Assembly: GCA_040004905.1 (NCBI GenBank)
Contig: JBDTZW010000236.1
Coordinates: 1-48,538 of the forward strand
Source of the DNA: Acidobacteriota bacterium
GTDB lineage: Bacteria; Acidobacteriota; Blastocatellia; Pyrinomonadales; Pyrinomonadaceae
Reading direction: 5' to 3'
DNA length: 48,538 bases
Position 1 is the first letter of the stretch. Each line of letters opens with the position of its first letter. The notes beneath the pieces are model-generated. The model worked only from the letters and a program-made list of their open reading frames with translations. It was not told the origin of the DNA and made no database searches. This document shows positions 46,330 to 48,538 of the stretch, one piece after another. Position numbers and translations under genes: made by a program.

Positions 46330-48538
46330 TCAAAAAGGAAGACCCTCTTCTACCGGAGGAAAATCTACCCCAAAACAGTGTTTTGCGATTCCTCGATTGA
46401 AATAATCATCATCCCGATTAATCTTTCCATCTCGCAATACTTGATCATGTGGTGTTCCGGTCAAATGTTTCACTTCGTGAAGCAAAATAAGGGTTCTCGT
46501 GTTGGCCGAATTAAGAGTTCCGGTCCAACCACCAACGCCACTATCGAACCAGGGGGCGCCCAATTGAATATGTCCGCTAGATCCTCCGTTTAAGGGTGAT
46601 TGAGCAACCGCGCCACCAATATCATGAAACCTGGGGATGTCCTTTCCAATTTGACCCTTATTATAGACGTCGGTTAAAATTTTCGCTGGATCACCCTTAA
46701 ATTCTTCTTGAAGAAATTTCTTACAGTCAGGCTTGCTATTGATTCTCCAGAGAGCGCTGTTAACGGCCGCACGGACGAGGCGATCATTCTTAGAATCTCC
46801 TTTTATACTCTTTGCAAAACTATTAGCAATTGCACCGACGGAACTTCCCGTTACAAGGATGCCTGATCCTATAACGCCGGGCGGAATTCCTTCCGCAACA
46901 AAGCTAAAAATGCCGCCAAGGGCGTGACCAACAGCCCCAACAAAATTTCCTATCGTTGCCGGAATGCCAGCTATAAAAGTAAGCGCTTGTCCTAAGAGCG
47001 TATGCACAAAAGCTGCCATTGCCATCGGTGTCAAAAATGTGCCAACGACGGTCAGGATTGCAACAGCGATTGTAACAGCGAGCATTACCCATTTGAATAT
47101 TTTAGAAATCCAATGAAATAATTTCCCCCAAAATAGCCCGTTTGGATCAAGATGGTTTATCGGATCATTTCCGCAATATGAGTAGAGATTTAGACTCTGC
47201 GGGGCCGCTATGCCAACCCCCTCCATTCCCATTGGATCGACCTGTGTAAATCGTCCCTGTTTGGAATCGTAGGTTCTATTTACTGCGTAATCGAGTTGAG
47301 TTCGCGCACTTCGCTCGTAGGAGGTGAAGCGTTTCGGATTAGTCGTTAATGTCGATTCGGCGTCGAGGGCTTTGCCGAACGGCAGATGGGCTTGCTCCAA
47401 GCTTGTGCCGGTCGCCTGATTGGTTACGAGCCTTGTTCCCAAACGGTCTGGGTGATTGTATTCTGTCACCTCGCCGCCGGCTCCGTTCGGTGTGATGGTG
47501 GAAAGCAAACTGTCACCGAGATAAGTGCAGGTCTTCGACCATGCAAGAGTCCCGTTTCCGTTGCTTTCCGTGTACTCAACCGCGTTGCCGTACCACGTGG
47601 TCTGGTTTATCACATTATCCGTCGAAGCGATCCGCTCGTTCCCAACACCAAACGTCTGCATCTGAAGCAGCGAACTATCGCTTGCCTTTTTGATGTTCAC
47701 AAGGCGATTCGCTGCGTCGTATTCGAAGAGGTCCCACGTGCTTCCATCCTGATCAAGAGCCTTGGTTTGGTTCCCCGCAACATCGTACTCGAACTGCCCG
47801 GTGGCATTCGATGTCGTGACCTGATTGTTTGCGGTATTGAAGGCTAGATTGGGAATACCGTCCGCCGGCATTGTCGTGTTGTCGGCTGCGACGCCCGTGG
47901 CCGCAACGGACGTTCTATTGCCGTAACGGTCATAGGTGTAGGTCTGGCTCCACAAAGCGCTGTTAACTCCGCCCTTTGCCAAGGTCAATCTCCCAATCGC
48001 ATCGAACTTATATTCACGATCTTTGTTGTGATCGAGATTATTGCTGATCTTCGTCAAATGTCCAGTCTTGCCGCTCAATGTGCCGATCGAGTTATTTCGG
48101 TTGTAATCGTAGGTCAGATCGAGCAGAGTCTTGCTGCTGCCGACCGCCTTTTGATTCGTCAGTAATCCTGTCTGCGGATCGAACGTATACTGCTCGTTTA
48201 CCTGGTTTGCGCCGGAGGGTCCGATGTTGATCGATGTCGTTTGATCCGCCGCGTTATAGACAAGGTCACCGGCTTGCTGCACCTTATTCAGGGCTGTTCC
48301 GTATTTAAGCGTAGTAAGACGGCTAGACGAATCGTAAGTGTAATAGACAAACTTTCGCGGAGAGCCTGACAAGCCGTACTGTGCCGGAAGCCGCATCGTG
48401 GCTGTCCGGTTAAGAGTGTCATACGTGTAGCTCGTGATCATCGGATAACCCGTGCGGGTCAAAAAGGTCTTGGTCTCGTCAGACACCCGCCCTTCCGTAT
48501 CGTAAGCAAGCTCATCGGTGCTCACGCCCGCCGAGGTG
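46330..48538 (-). CDS. Rhs/YD-repeat toxin (5' end outside window) with HExxH-type C-terminal domain
   Basis: The frame is open to the window edge. YD repeats (YTYDTLNR, YTYDRYGNR, FEYDVAGNQ, FEYDAANRL). Core-end motif NDPINHLDPNGL. A hydrophobic Gly-rich stretch, then a C-terminal domain with LILLHEVKHLTG. Confidence 0.9.
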   Translation of the reverse strand, partial: TSAGVSTDELAYDTEGRVSDETKTFLTRTGYPMITSYTYDTLNRTATMRLPAQYGLSGSPRKFVYYTYDSSSRLTTLKYGTALNKVQQAGDLVYNAADQTTSINIGPSGANQVNEQYTFDPQTGLLTNQKAVGSSKTLLDLTYDYNRNNSIGTLSGKTGHLTKISNNLDHNKDREYKFDAIGRLTLAKGGVNSALWSQTYTYDRYGNRTSVAATGVAADNTTMPADGIPNLAFNTANNQVTTSNATGQFEYDVAGNQTKALDQDGSTWDLFEYDAANRLVNIKKASDSSLLQMQTFGVGNERIASTDNVINQTTWYGNAVEYTESNGNGTLAWSKTCTYLGDSLLSTITPNGAGGEVTEYNHPDRLGTRLVTNQATGTSLEQAHLPFGKALDAESTLTTNPKRFTSYERSARTQLDYAVNRTYDSKQGRFTQVDPMGMEGVGIAAPQSLNLYSYCGNDPINHLDPNGLFWGKLFHWISKIFKWVMLAVTIAVAILTVVGTFLTPMAMAAFVHTLLGQALTFIAGIPATIGNFVGAVGHALGGIFSFVAEGIPPGVIGSGILVTGSSVGAIANSFAKSIKGDSKNDRLVRAAVNSALWRINSKPDCKKFLQEEFKGDPAKILTDVYNKGQIGKDIPRFHDIGGAVAQSPLNGGSSGHIQLGAPWFDSGVGGWTGTLNSANTRTLILLHEVKHLTGTPHDQVLRDGKINRDDDYFNRGIAKHCFGVDFPPVEEGLPF
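47146..47700. repeat. ~0.56-kb Rhs core-end segment present in three copies (also ~44890-45447 and ~43010-43612)
   Basis: The nucleotide similarity is visible by eye, e.g. gttacgagccttgttcccaaacggtctgggtgattgtattctgtcacctcg (main) against gttacgagctttgttcccaaacggtctgggtgattgtattctgtcacctcg (cassette 2). Confidence 0.85.

Noticed and set aside
1-48538. All three in-frame stops in accessory genes are TAG (22798, 43347, 45170). I considered amber suppression or recoding.
   Set aside because: TAG is clearly used as a normal terminator in this window (2822-2824, 21809-21811, 23314-23316, 28777-28779). Two of the three are single-base changes relative to paralogous sense codons. Ordinary nonsense mutations are the simpler explanation.
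1-48538. CRISPR arrays, rRNA genes, IS elements with terminal inverted repeats, retron or group II intron reverse transcriptases.
   Set aside because: I noticed no regularly spaced direct repeats, no rRNA-like sequence, and no transposase or RT-like ORFs while reading both strands.

Overview
48.5-kb window, apparently from a diderm (Gram-negative-type) environmental bacterium. I cannot assign a taxon from the sequence alone. The window splits into a core-like left arm and an accessory right arm.

Left arm (1-16.6 kb): a phosphorelay/c-di-GMP cluster (histidine kinase fragment, CheY-like response regulator, REC-PAS-HK, REC-PAS-GGDEF-EAL); a DinB-family gene; a tandem-USP gene overlapping the start of a 2875-aa cyclic beta-1,2-glucan synthase (NdvB/ChvB/Cgs type); and a PNPOx-family gene decayed by two lesions.

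At 17.33 kb a 3' fragment of tRNA-Lys(UUU) with its terminator, followed by a tyrosine integrase, marks the start of accessory DNA that runs to the window end.

Accessory part 1 (17.5-32.5 kb): a small protein ending in Gly-Gly, an Omp85-like barrel, a TM-CBS protein, an amber-disrupted GH19-like gene, a tight trio of patatin / cytoplasmic thermolysin-like HExxH peptidase / MBL-fold protein, and a convergent 1161-aa secreted MBL-fold protein.

Accessory part 2 (33.1-42.9 kb, minus strand) is the most interesting locus. It is one 14-gene operon holding:
- a PRTRC-like E1(ThiF)-E2-JAB cassette with no recognisable ubiquitin-like or ParB gene;
- phage/ICE-type DNA genes (DUF2958, a Rad52-like small protein);
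- a Ycf46-like AAA+ ATPase with DUF1257 and DUF2997 partners;
- an orphan NrdG-like radical-SAM activase;
- a Zn-ribbon protein with five HEAR-type repeats, and a truncated integrase.

Accessory part 3 (43-48.5 kb, minus strand): an Rhs toxin locus. It has a main rhs gene (5' end outside the window, HExxH-type C-terminal toxin) with an exported immunity candidate, plus two orphan C-terminal cassettes silenced by in-frame TAG codons and a 1-nt deletion. The frame of the last orphan runs straight into the first ORF of the E1-E2-JAB operon.

I saw no CRISPR array, no rRNA and no full-length tRNA. All family assignments come from motif recognition by eye, not from database searches.
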